DNA of 64,000 nucleotides from Cetorhinus maximus (GCF_964194155.1 NW_027596099.1:2356001-2420000); one strand, 5' to 3'. Counted from the first letter of the stretch, positions 51,280 to 61,948 are shown. The notes: generated by a model from the letters alone, not told the origin. Numbers and translations are program-made.

Positions 51280-52310
51280 TACTCCCCCAGTGTGGCCGGC
51301 ATATATTCCCCTACTCGCTGCTTTCATTGGATACCATTCTACGTTCATCCTTTGCAACTTCTGCAACTGCCCCTCCCCCGGTGTTCATGGTATATAACTA
51401 CTCCTCCCCGCTTTTCCTGTACTATATCCCCAAGGCCCCCAGTTGTAGCTGATATACATCCTCTTCGCGGATTTAACTGGAATATTACACCCATTCCCGG
51501 GTCAAACCGAACAAAGCACCCCCCGTCCATTGGACCTGGCATATTCCCATACTCCGCCACCCAGCCTCCGCAGCGTACCAGGTATACATCTCCTTCTTCC
51601 CTGGAAAATCGTGTTTCTTATTGCCTGCCCTGCAGCACGTAATATATATTTACCCCTCTGCCAGTTTACCTTTTATATCAACCCACCCATTGCATCACGT
51701 ATAGCCTACTCCCCCACTTTGTGCACGAAAAATATCCATGCCCCACGCCTGCTTTATCTCTCGATCCGTTCTGCAATCAGACTTAACCCACTGTACAGGT
51801 ATATATACAGATCCCATTATGCCCATTATACGTCTCCCTGTGTACATGGCTTTCCTCCCTAACCACACCTGCACCAGTATGCTGGCTCACCATCCCCCTC
51901 TCCTGATGCTGCTGGTATATATCACGCTCCACGGATTGTGCTTCATGACCTCTTTCCTCTATTTCTTTCTACCTGATATATCGCCCCATCTTACCTGTTT
52001 ACGTGGCATATCAGTCGCTCCATCTGGAGAACCTCCTTATTTTGAGCATTTGTTGTATCCACACTTTTCCACTCTACATTAGAAATCAAAAGCCTCATCT
52101 GCTCTGTTAGGTACATCAGTCATCAGCCAGGAAATCATGCTGTATTTCCCATGTTTGCTTGTCAACCAATATAAGATCTGCCCCATTATACCATTAGCAC
52201 CACTATGCTCATTGTTTGTACCTGGCATATCAAATCCAAACCCCTGTCGTCATTGTAAGTTTTTTACATCCTGCAATGTACTTGGCGCAATACTCAACCA
52301 CCCCCACCCC
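51280..52310 (+). repeat. Cryptic, highly degenerate ~40-bp tandem repeat (roughly ctgcacctggtatatat...cccct)
   Basis: Recurring motif variants ggcatatattcccc, tggtatataactactcc, ctgatatacatcc, ccaggtatacatctcc, caggtatatatac, ctggtatatatcac, cctgatatatcgcccc and cctggcatatc, with strong C-rich strand skew. Confidence 0.5.
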
Positions 52311-52714
52311 GGTGCGCCCGTTAGTCATGGAGACAGCTTTTGGGCAGTCAGGTGTTGTGGCAATGGATGAGCACGTTTGTGGCGGCCAGTGATATTCACA
52401 AATCAGTCAGGACCCACCACTGCTGTGGAAGCGAGAGGACACGTTAATGTTTGGTAACTGTAGTGGCAGGTTTTGCCACCTGCACTGTCATCATAGTTAC
52501 TAGCCCAGATCCTCATCTGGTCTTCAAAAAGAGAGGGCCGTTCCACTCTATCACCATTGCGAGGCAACCAACACCCACTCTATCATCATTGTGATAGGTG
52601 CCTCCGATGATCTTTTCCCAAAGTGTAAGAGCAAATTCCAAGCTAGAAATGTGGAGTAAACTCAGCAAATCCGGCAAACACTCAGGGAGTAAGTTATGTG
52701 CCGTGTTCTGTACT

Positions 52715-53322
52715 TGTGGAAGAATAAAATACATCTACAGGACAACTAAGATTTAAACGGTTAAAACCATACTGGAATACTACAGCACAGTTCCCTCTTT
52801 TGTTCTAGCAGGGACACCTGCAGCTGCCAGCTAATTGAGCAGGAAAGGAGAAAAGGAGTATCATAAACAAGCTTCCTAGAATCCTTGAGACAAGGCTAGG
52901 ATGTCTGCCCCCAACACAAAGAGACAGGATCAAGCAATGGTTATCTGTTCTCTAGAGTGTCCACCCCCTAGCACTAAAGAAAATGTCAAGCATGGTTCTC
53001 TATTCTCTTTCTCACTTTTTTATCACCAGATGGGCTTCCCCCAATATCCTGTGTAGTCATAAACGAGAATAGACTAATTGTGTGTTGCATGGAAAGGACA
53101 ATGATTCTCAATGTAATTAATTATTGAAGGTTGGGCAGTTTTATCACCTTCAAGCTCTTTGATATGTATGACTTTTACTATAAATATGTGTGTACTCTGA
53201 TGCTTCCTCAGAGTGTCAGCTAACTACCTTGTATACTACTGGGCTCTCCGTGATATCACGATTAATAAAGGCTTCCGAGACAAACCTCCTGGATCTGAGT
53301 GTTCACTCCGATTTCCGCGACA
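52715..53322 (+). repeat. 5' LTR (608 bp)
   Basis: TGTGGAAG...TCCGCGACA with TATAAA at 53179-53184 and AATAAA at 53264-53269. About 49 differences from the 3' LTR by manual count (~8%). Confidence 0.97.
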
Positions 53323-53325
53323 AAT

Positions 53326-53343
53326 TCACGACGAGGATGGGAT
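53326..53343 (+). promoter_or_regulatory. Primer binding site, tRNA-Ser(GCT) type
   Basis: tcaCGACGAGGATGGGAT matches the reverse complement of the vertebrate tRNA-Ser(GCT) 3' end (tggCGACGAGGATGGGAT). The CCA-pairing TGG has decayed to TCA. Confidence 0.85.
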
Positions 53344-53669
53344 CCGACTGAAGTCCAGTAGCCTCTTAAGTTGAAGAGGTGATTGAAATCCTGGTTCGTC
53401 GGATCCCTAAAAAAAGAACCCTCGCGGAAAAAAGAGAGGAATACCTCTCCCAAGTTAGGGAGAGTGCGAACTGCATCCTAGCTGAGAGGGGATTGCAGTG
53501 AATCAGCGTCCCAGCTGAGAAGGGAACGGCGAGTAAAAGGGTAGGTACCGACCAAAGAGACTTCAGTGACCCAAAGAATCGGAGGACTTGGTAAGGAATT
53601 CTTAAACATCGGTGAGCCCATAGGGTAGGAAACGCGCCGCGATGCTAATTTAGTTTCCTATTGAGATAA

Positions 53670-55384
53670 GTGGGAGGTCTCAGCAGCAGAGCGGGCTCTG
53701 CCACTCCCCCTGCCTCTCAAAGTACTAAGAACAAACCGAAACCGGAACTGAAAGCGGGACCCTTAAAGATGGGTAAGAAAACGGAAAAACGAAGGATAAT
53801 GGTAACCAAAGCTCGGCAGCAGGTAGGAGATGCGCTGGTCCCTCCGGGGTCGCCAGCCGACGTTATAATACGAGAAACAGGCGATGATCGGTATGCGGTG
53901 CCTTTTAGCAGCGACCTGTACGGGTGGACGCGGGGAGAATGGCCGTATGGGGGAAGTTTTAAAATACCCCTTATCCGGGCCTGGTGGGATGGGGTAGCTA
54001 ATGGGGCTGGAGATCCCAACTGGGATTTCGACTATATGATGGGTTGTTTTAGTAAATGGATGGAGGTGGCGAAATGCCACCAACCCCCCAAAGTAAAGAA
54101 TAAAAAGGAAAATCAGACCGAAGGTAGTGAAAAGCTGATAGATGCACTTCCAGCTGCAGCATCTGCTCCTCCACCATATCCCCTCGGCACCGACCCAATG
54201 GGACCTTATACCTTGTTTCCAAGACTGCCGGCATCTGGCAACCCTCACTGGCCAACCCTTCCCGACCCTTTAACGGACCATCTCATAGAAATAGCCGCGG
54301 CTTGGAGACAATCCAATGGGGCTTCCGCGGCTGCCGCTGCCGGTTTGGGGGAGGGAGCAGAAGCGGGACCATCAAATGATGTCCCGGACAGTACCCAACC
54401 TGATCTCGGCCCCCACACAAGGGAATCCGGCCTCGGTAGTCAGTTCAATGACGAACGTCCAGTGAGGTTCACACGAAACTTTTCTAGGAAGGCAGCGGCT
54501 GAGACTACCCCTCATGTACTTCAGAACCCTAAAATAAAGATTGGTGACACGGCTCTACTCAAACCCTGGACTCCAGCGGAAGGTCGAGCTATGATAGCTG
54601 AAGCGCCCTATCCTATAAAATGCCCAGCTGCGTTTTTAAATTGCCTGGAGCAGATGTGTGAAATTTACCAGCCCCTTCCGGGCGATTTGCAAGCTTTATT
54701 AAAGTTTGCTTATGGTAGCTCGTGGGCCGCCTTAAAAAATACCATTCCGGTGCCGACTGGGGAGAACGGGGATTGGCGGAAAGACGATGAGCAAGCAGAG
54801 GCTGGGAATGAAAGTTTAGAACATTGGCTGCAAGGCAGGGGAAAAACTGCTATTATGGCAGCAGCACAAAGACACGGGGACACGGGGGAAGTAACTCGGT
54901 GCCTGCAAAGGAAAGAGGAAAGCGCCCCTGATTTTATTGCCCAATTCGGTAATGCTTGGGAGGAGCACGCGGGCGTTCCCCTGGAAGGCAACGGACCCTT
55001 AGCCATACAAACACTGCTGAATTGCATGCTGCCCCAACATGGCCAGTCATTCAAAATGCGAAACTTAAATTGGCAAACTTTGAAATGGACTGAAATAACC
55101 ACTGCTTTGGTTAATATGGACCGAGAGGGACTATTTGTTAGCAACAGGGAGGGCTCCAAACAGCAGAGAACCCAACTTTTTCGTCAGAATCAGAATAAAC
55201 GTAAGGGAAAGTAAGAAGCCAGAGAAGAGATAAATCCCTTGACACTTGTCGCAAGTGCGGAAAGAGGGGACACTGGGCTAGAGAATGTTGATCGGGTCCC
55301 CCTAGGAAACCTGTTGGGTCCCATGGCCAGCAGAATGTGGCGATTCCCCCCTTTACTTACAATAACCCTATTCCCCAAGAATAG
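53670..55384 (+). pseudogene. gag: ERV gag (MA-CA open for 514 codons to 55214; NC zinc knuckle frameshifted)
   Basis: (G/A)TG-GGLSS myristoylation-like start; WPYGGSF matrix motif; PPPY late domain; KPWTP and MHR-like QRKEESAPDF. CRKCGKRGHWAREC (CX2CX4HX4C) lies at 55247-55288 in another frame. The terminal TAG is at 55382-55384. Confidence 0.93.
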
Positions 55385-58300
55385 GGGGGCCCAGGGGAGG
55401 CTATGGTACAGGGAGCAGTTATATCACTTTCCCAAGACTCTGAAGCGCAACCTATGGTAACCCTTAGAATAGGAGACACAAATTTACGACCCTTGGTGGA
55501 CACTGGAGCTACCCTTTCCTCTAGGCCTCCCTCCCTGGGATTACCCCTTAGTCGGAATAAGGAAGTAACCGTAGGAGTGGCAGGCGTTCCCCTGTCGGAA
55601 CCTCGATCCCAGCGAGTTGCCTTGTCACTGGAACACAACCATGTGGAAGAGATTCTGATAGTTTCTAAAAGCACTCCTTTACCCTTGCTGGGACGCCAAA
55701 CTCTGTAAATTAGGGGCCACTATTTACTGCACGCCACAAGGCATGTACTTGGAAGTGCCCACACCCCAAACTCACCAGTTAACGTCCCTTCTCCTTGCCC
55801 CTGACGACGCCCCTGAGACTAAGTCTGAACCAATTCTATACTGCTGGCAACTTGAAGATAATCCTTACATGGCAGGGATGGGCCGATTGTGGCAGGAACT
55901 TGATAGATTAGCTAGCGCGCCGCCTGTTAAAACCCTAAAAAGCTTGTTACAGGTAGTGCTGAATTACTCTCGTCTCCATTGTACCGCAGGGCATACAGTG
56001 AAGGTTAACCCCGCATATCATCAAACGGTCAGCACTCTCAAAGGAACCATTACTCTCATCTGCCCTGATCCTTACCTTTACTTGGGCGAGGCGAGCTTCG
56101 GCGTACCGGTACACTTGACAACGGAGCAGCAGCCTCTGTTTCAAGGAGACTCTGAGTCTGTGCCCCATCTGACCCTAGCTATTCGCCCCCACTTTCGGTC
56201 ACACCATATAGGTCCCATGATAAAAAGACTTCAACAGACCACTACCTCTGAATGCATTGGATCATTTGAATGGTTCGGGTCTGTTGAGGGTAGGATCTAT
56301 CTCCCAGGGATTTCCGGGGTCTCCTGTAAAGTAATTGACCCCCCAGTCAAATTGCAGCGACAGCTGCCCCCCGAGCAATCTAACTTTGTCAGTCCCTATG
56401 CGTTAGACGTAGTCGAGGGTGGCCTGTGGGCGTTGCATAAAAATCTTGTCGGTCGAGTGCTCTCTGCCCCAGATCATAGTGTTAAGCTGCGGAAAAATGC
56501 TGTCCTGCCCTGCGTTCGGCAGTACCGGTTAACCCCTGACGCTGGGGCAGGCATAGCTCCCGTCGTAAATACTCTGCTTCAACAAGGGGTTCTTAAACCC
56601 ACCGTTAGCCCCTATAACACACCCATATTACCGATACCTAAAATTGGACGGCCAAACGAATGGCGTTTTGTGCAGGACTTGCGAACCGTAAATAGCATTG
56701 TGGTCCCCATAGCGCCGGTAGTACCCGATGTAAATGTAATCCTGTCCTCCATCCCGACTACCGCCGTGGCTTATACCGTGATAGACCTATGCTCCGCTTT
56801 CTTTTCTATCCCCCTCCATCCCGACAGTCAGTATTTGTTCGCTTTTACCTATAAAGGGCAACAATATACCTGAACGAGGCTTCCCCAGGGATACACTGAA
56901 AGTCCTGCTGTATACGCTGCTGCAGTAAAACGGGATATGGACGAATGTTATTTAAATGGGAACTCCACACATACAATATGACGATGATCTTTTAGTGACC
57001 TCACCCACACTGACTGACTGTGTGAACGACTCAGTAACTTTAATTCGATTCCTAGCAACGAGAGGCCATAGAGTATCTAGAATTAAACTGCAGTTCTGCC
57101 AGCCACTAGTACAGTACCTGGGATTCAATTTAAAAACACGAACTCGGCAGATCGGACCCGAACGAGTACAAGCCATCCTGCCGATACCTGCCGCTAAAAC
57201 AAAGAAAGAGATTCTTTCCTTCCTAGGTATAGTGGGCTATTGCAGACAGTGGATTCCCGATTACCGTCTACATGATGCTGTCCTCCGTGCAGCTAAGATG
57301 AAGGAAGCGCCTGCGATTGTCCAGTGGATCTCAAAACAGGAGGCAGCGTTTAAAGCTCTCAAAGCAGCTGTAACCACGGCCCCGGCTCTGGGGCTACCCA
57401 ACTGTGAGCGTCCCTTTCAGCTACACGCTTGCGAAAAGAAGGGATTCGCCTCCGGAGTTCTTACTCAAGACCATAATGGAGGTATTCGACTGACCGCATA
57501 TTATTCTACGGCTCTTCCCGCTGTGGTGATGGGGATGCCCGCAGGTCTCTGTGCTGTTGCCGCCGCGGCCACAATGGTTGAAAAGACGTTGCCGTTAGTC
57601 CTCGATCACCCTTGTGAGGTACGAGTGCCACCTGCCGTCATGCACCTACTAAATTCTGCTCCTACACAACATTTTACAGCCTCAGGACGAAGGGGGTAAG
57701 ACGTTATTTTATTATCGCATCCCAAATACACCTATCGCCGATCGCCGGCCATTAACCCCGCCACTTTTGTTCCCGAGTCCCCAGAAGAGTTGGAGCATGA
57801 CTGTGTTGCCATGGTCGAGCAATCTACTTCTCCTAGAATGGATTTGCAGATGGATCCTCTTCAGGACCTAGACGTTACTTTTTACACCGACGGCACCTCT
57901 CATTGACCTAGAGACTATTTGCTCCTCGCCGGTTAGGCTGTTGTGAGCCAACACCACATCGTGGAAGCTTACGCATTACCCCCTGGCACTTCAGCACAGG
58001 CAGCAGAACTGTTTCCCTAACCAGAGCTTGTATCCTGGCTAAAGATCGAGCAGCCAATATTTACACCAATTCCCGATATGCCTTTGACGTCGTCCATGAT
58101 TTCGGTCAAATATGGAAAAATAGGGGTTTTATTACATCAGCAGGTCGGCCTATTAAACATTCCCAGCTCGTGCTGAACCTCCTAGAAGCGATTCAATTGC
58201 CTAAACGTCTAGCGGTGATTAAATGTGAAGCACACACTAAACTGACTGATGATGTCTCTGTAGCGAATGCTCGCGCTGACCAAGCAGCTAAAGAAGTCGC

Positions 58301-59495
58301 AGCTGCGCAGACCCCTCTTTTGCAAGCGCTATGTCTTCCAAATCGCACCCCCCTTCCTGCTCTGGAGTCTGCCGAGTTGCAGGCAGCCCAACAAAACTGT
58401 ACTAAGCAGGATAATCGGGTATGGGAAAAGGCACAATGCTGTTATAAAAACGGTTTTTCGTTCCATTCGGATGGTCGTCTGGTTTGTCCTCGAAGTCTGT
58501 TATTGCCCCTGTGTCGCCTAGTGCATGCACAGGCACACATGGGCAAAGGGGGGATGCAACATCCAATAAATCAACAATGGTTTGCACGTCGTATCACTCC
58601 AGCGATACAAAAAAATCATACGTTCTTGCCTGATTTGCCAGCAGAATAATAAAGGGACAGCGGCAGCTAAGTATGATCACCTATCAATGCCTAAAATGCC
58701 TTTTGAAAACTTGCAAATTGATTTCGTACATATGCCCCCGGCCTCAGGGTATAAGTACTTATTGGTAATAGTGGATATGTTCACCCGATGGGTTGAAGCC
58801 TACCCTACACGAAGGGATGATGCGCGAACAGTAGTGAGAATATTGTGGAAAGAACTGATACCTAGGTATGGAATATCTATGGGAATAAACAGTGATCGAG
58901 GAACTCACTTCTCTGAGAAAATAGTAAAGGATTTAGTGCAGATCATGGGTTTTCAGTGTAAGTAGCATATTCCTTACCAGCCACAGTGCTCAGGACTAGT
59001 TGAAAGGGTAAATGGGGAACTAAAGAACACCTTACCTAAGGTTTGTCAGGATAATATTCTCTCATGGCCCGAAGCGCTCCCAGTAGTGCTCTTCGCTATG
59101 CGAAACCGAAAGAATAGAGGTACTGGGATAACACCCCATGAAGCCCTCATGGGACGCCCCATGACGACCGGAGCCGAACCTCCTGTATGTGCTGAGAAAT
59201 TAGCCTTAATTTGGAAGGATGAACAGTCCCTGGCTTACGCCCAGGCAATTTGTAAAACAGCAGCTGAACTACATGAGAGGGTCAGGCAGGCTCAGGCAAC
59301 CAAGGGAGATACACCTATACATACCTTTCAGCCGGGTGATCAAGTGTATGTAAAAAAAAAATAAACACATATTTTCTTTCTCCTAGGTGGAAAGGACCCT
59401 ATCTGGTTCTACGGACAACTCGAACGGCCCTGAAGGTTAAAGGGAAGTGGATCCACGCCACTCGTTGCAAGAAACACTGTCCAGCAGTGTTATAA
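55385..59495 (+). pseudogene. pol: ERV pro-pol: protease, 2H-phosphoesterase-like insert, RT, RNase H, integrase; multiple stops and frameshifts
   Basis: LVDTGAT and LLGRQ (PR); WRFVQDLR, IDLCSAFF, LPQG and QYDDDLL (RT); FYTDG and SAQAAEL (RNase H); HAQAH...CLIC, LQIDF, SDRGTHF, GLVERVN and WKGPY (IN). A TGA at 56871 replaces the conserved Trp. Confidence 0.95.
55830..56310 (+). other. 2H phosphoesterase (CNPase/LigT-like) domain within pol, between PR and RT
   Basis: Two HxT motifs, LHCTA (His codon 55977) and PHLTL (His codon 56166), 63 aa apart. N-terminal PILYCWQL and downstream HHIGPM resemble CNPase LPLYFGWFL / LHCTT / AHITL...TGLDL. Confidence 0.75.
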
Positions 59496-59524
59496 CCATT
59501 GCTAATAGTGTATTAATTTGCATT

Positions 59525-60904
59525 ATGTATCAGATACTGACTTTTGCTATATGTTACTCTTTTGCAGTTTGTTATGGAGTGTACCTAAAGGATTCCCACC
59601 CCAACACTTTTTTGTCTTTATGCCGCACCTATGATGGACAAGTACGACAGCACGCCTGTTGGATATGTGCCCAGACTCCCCACCATGGAGGTGAGTCAAG
59701 CACCTATCAGTCAAAACCCCTGACTGAGGAAGAAATAAAGGATCTCACAATCTTCCATATAGAGCCAGATGATGCAGAACCCAATATGTTTAGGTGATGG
59801 TTCCCTCGCTCTCCACCTGCTAAGGGGTGGAACTACACAAATCATGGAGTAAAAATCAGGCCCCCTCCGGAAACGATAAACACCACCTGTTGGTGTTCGA
59901 TCCTTGCAACCGGTACTTATAATCTGGGAAACAGTATTTGTCAAAACACATATTAACCAGCCCTGGTAGTGATGGTCCTCAAAATCCTCTAAACGGTACT
60001 TACTGAGTTTGTGGAGAAAAAGCATATCCCTGGCTGCCTGGGATGCCACAATTATCTTCCTTTTTTAATCAAGATGCCGATAATTTGGGCAAAGGCGCTA
60101 CCACTCCCACCTGGAGTGGTTGCTGCTACCTAGCATATTTGAATCCGTACCCCCGTTATATAAGTAGAGTAGATATTAACCCGCATCTGCATCTGCATCC
60201 CCGTGACATCTCGGAGGCCAAGCGATTATGGATGATTGTCTTCCCCTCATACGGGGCTGCTCGTAACTCCCGAGAGGTGATTAACCTGGCATCTTCACTT
60301 GAAAAGTTTGCTAATTCAACAACTGACACTTTGATTGAGACACAGGAACAGGTTTCAGCCATCACTATTGAAATGATAGCTCTATGCCTGACAGCTTTGC
60401 AAAATAGAATGGCCCTTGATTTCGTCCTAGCTGAAAAGGGTGGCACTTGTGCCATGATAGGTTCAGAATGCTGCACTTATGTGCCTGATGTTTCTGAGAA
60501 TATTACTAACCTGGGTCAGCATGTTATGTATAAAGTGCAAGACATAAAGAAAGCTGGGGAAAGATTATTATAACAAGGATTCCTGGTGGGCTACAGTAAC
60601 GTGGTGGTTCTCCGGGTGGGGAAGTTGGCTGCTGTATGTTTTAATTGGGTTAGTTTTAATAGGTGTTATAGGGCGTTGCGCATGTGCTACTTTGAGGATT
60701 TGCTGTGCCCCATGTGTTAATGGAGCTATGAATGGAGTCACCACTGGATTAGAAGGAGCTCCAATTGTTCCTCAATTGATACGCACTGGCCCCAGCAAAA
60801 CACACTGGTGGGGAGAAAAAGTTTACTCTGCCAGGGATCGGCCTTTTCCTTATGGTTATGAGCCCCCTTATGATGATGAAGATACTATTCCTCATTGGTA
60901 TTAA
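59525..60904 (+). pseudogene. env: ERV env (gamma-type), disrupted
   Basis: Hydrophobic leader MYQILTFAICYSFAVC; CWIC at 59657-59668; fusion-peptide-like LWMIVFPSYG; ISD LQNRMALDFVLAEKGG at 60397; CX6CC (CAMIGSECC); Trp-rich MPER and TM at ~60580-60690. Several stops and frameshifts. Confidence 0.92.
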
Positions 60905-60919
60905 TCTAAAAGATTAACC

Positions 60920-60928
60920 AGGAGGGAT
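60920..60928 (+). promoter_or_regulatory. Polypurine tract
   Basis: AGGAGGGAT immediately before the TG of the 3' LTR. Confidence 0.75.
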
Positions 60929-61536
60929 TGTGGAAGAATAAAATACATCTACAGGACAACTAAGGGTTAAACGGTTAAAATCATAGTGGAATTCTACAGC
61001 ACAGTTCCCTTTCTTCTTCTAGCAGGCACACCTGCAGCTGCCAGCTAATTGAGCAGGAAAGGAGAAACGGAGTATCATAAACAAGCTTCCTAGAATCCTT
61101 GAGGCAAGGCTAGGATGTCTGCCCCCAACACAAAGAGACAGGATCAAGAAATGGTCATCTGTTCTCTAGAGTGTCCACCCCCGAGCACTAAAGATAAGGT
61201 CAAGCATGGTTATCTATTCTCTGTCTTACTTTTTATCACCAGATGGACCCCTCCTAATATCCTGTGTAGTCATAAACTAGAATAGAATAATTGTGTGTTG
61301 CATGCCAAAGATAATGATTCTCAATGAAATTAATTTTTGATGGTTAGGCACTTTTATCACCTTCAAGTTCTTTGATATGTGCGACTTTTACTATAACTAT
61401 GTGTGTACTCTGATGCTTCCTCAGAGTGTCAGCTAGCTCCATTGTATGCTGCTGGGCTCTCCGTGATATCACGATTAAATAAAGGCTTCCGAGACAAACC
61501 TCTTGGGCCTGAGTGTTCACTCCGATTTCCGCGACA
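60929..61536 (+). repeat. 3' LTR (608 bp)
   Basis: Direct repeat of 52715-53322, with AATAAA at 61478-61483. Confidence 0.97.
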
Positions 61537-61914
61537 GTCGTCGTCAGTTAGCCCTGGATGCGCAATCGTGGGCGGGATATGAAGTTCATCGGCCTCAGCA
61601 ATTACCGCAATATATTTTGAAGCTTGTGCCGTCTTCGTCTCTAACGTTTGCTTTTTTAGTAAAGTGCCCTGCATACACATGCAGATGCGGTATTTTGGGT
61701 AAACGTTTCGACGCCCACAAGGCGGAAGAAGACAGAATGATGGCGGAAATGCCCGTTGATCACCGGTGATATTGACAACCAGAACTGTCCTGAAAATCTG
61801 CTGATGATGCATTTTTGCCACGCTGCCTTCTGTCCGATTTGCTATGTAGATGCCCTTTCAGTCGATCACCTTGTGGAAATGAAACACTGTTTGCGAATCA
61901 AAAGTTTGAGCACG
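61537..61914. repeat. tRNA-flanking repeat unit, copy 1 (paralog at 63621-64000; period ~2.09 kb)
   Basis: Colinear, about 70% identity by eye, from gtcgtcgtcagttagccctggatg / gttgtcgtcagttcgccctggatg to aatcaaaagtttgagcacg / aatcaaaagcgtgcgcacg. Confidence 0.9.
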
Positions 61915-61948
61915 CGTTCCACCTCACGCTAATCAAACAGGGATTTGT

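Larger units (their letters stand above)
52715..61536 (+). mobile_element. Endogenous retrovirus, full-length decayed provirus (gamma/epsilon-like, class I), 8822 bp
   Basis: Paired TG...CA LTRs, PBS, gag, pro-pol, env and PPT in canonical order. Class I features include gag-pol amber read-through and a CWIC/CX6CC env. Confidence 0.97.

Noticed and set aside
53717-55674. Antisense ORFs over gag/pro (e.g. 53763..54248, 54710..55159)
   Set aside because: Shadow ORFs of a GC-rich coding strand with no recognisable motifs.
56977-56988. Unusual RT catalytic motif YDDD
   Set aside because: A single GTC>GAC change from YVDD next to a frameshift in a decayed pol; best explained as a post-integration mutation.
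60692-60904. Possible accessory ORF between env and the 3' LTR
   Set aside because: It continues the frame of the env transmembrane segment and is most simply the Env cytoplasmic tail.
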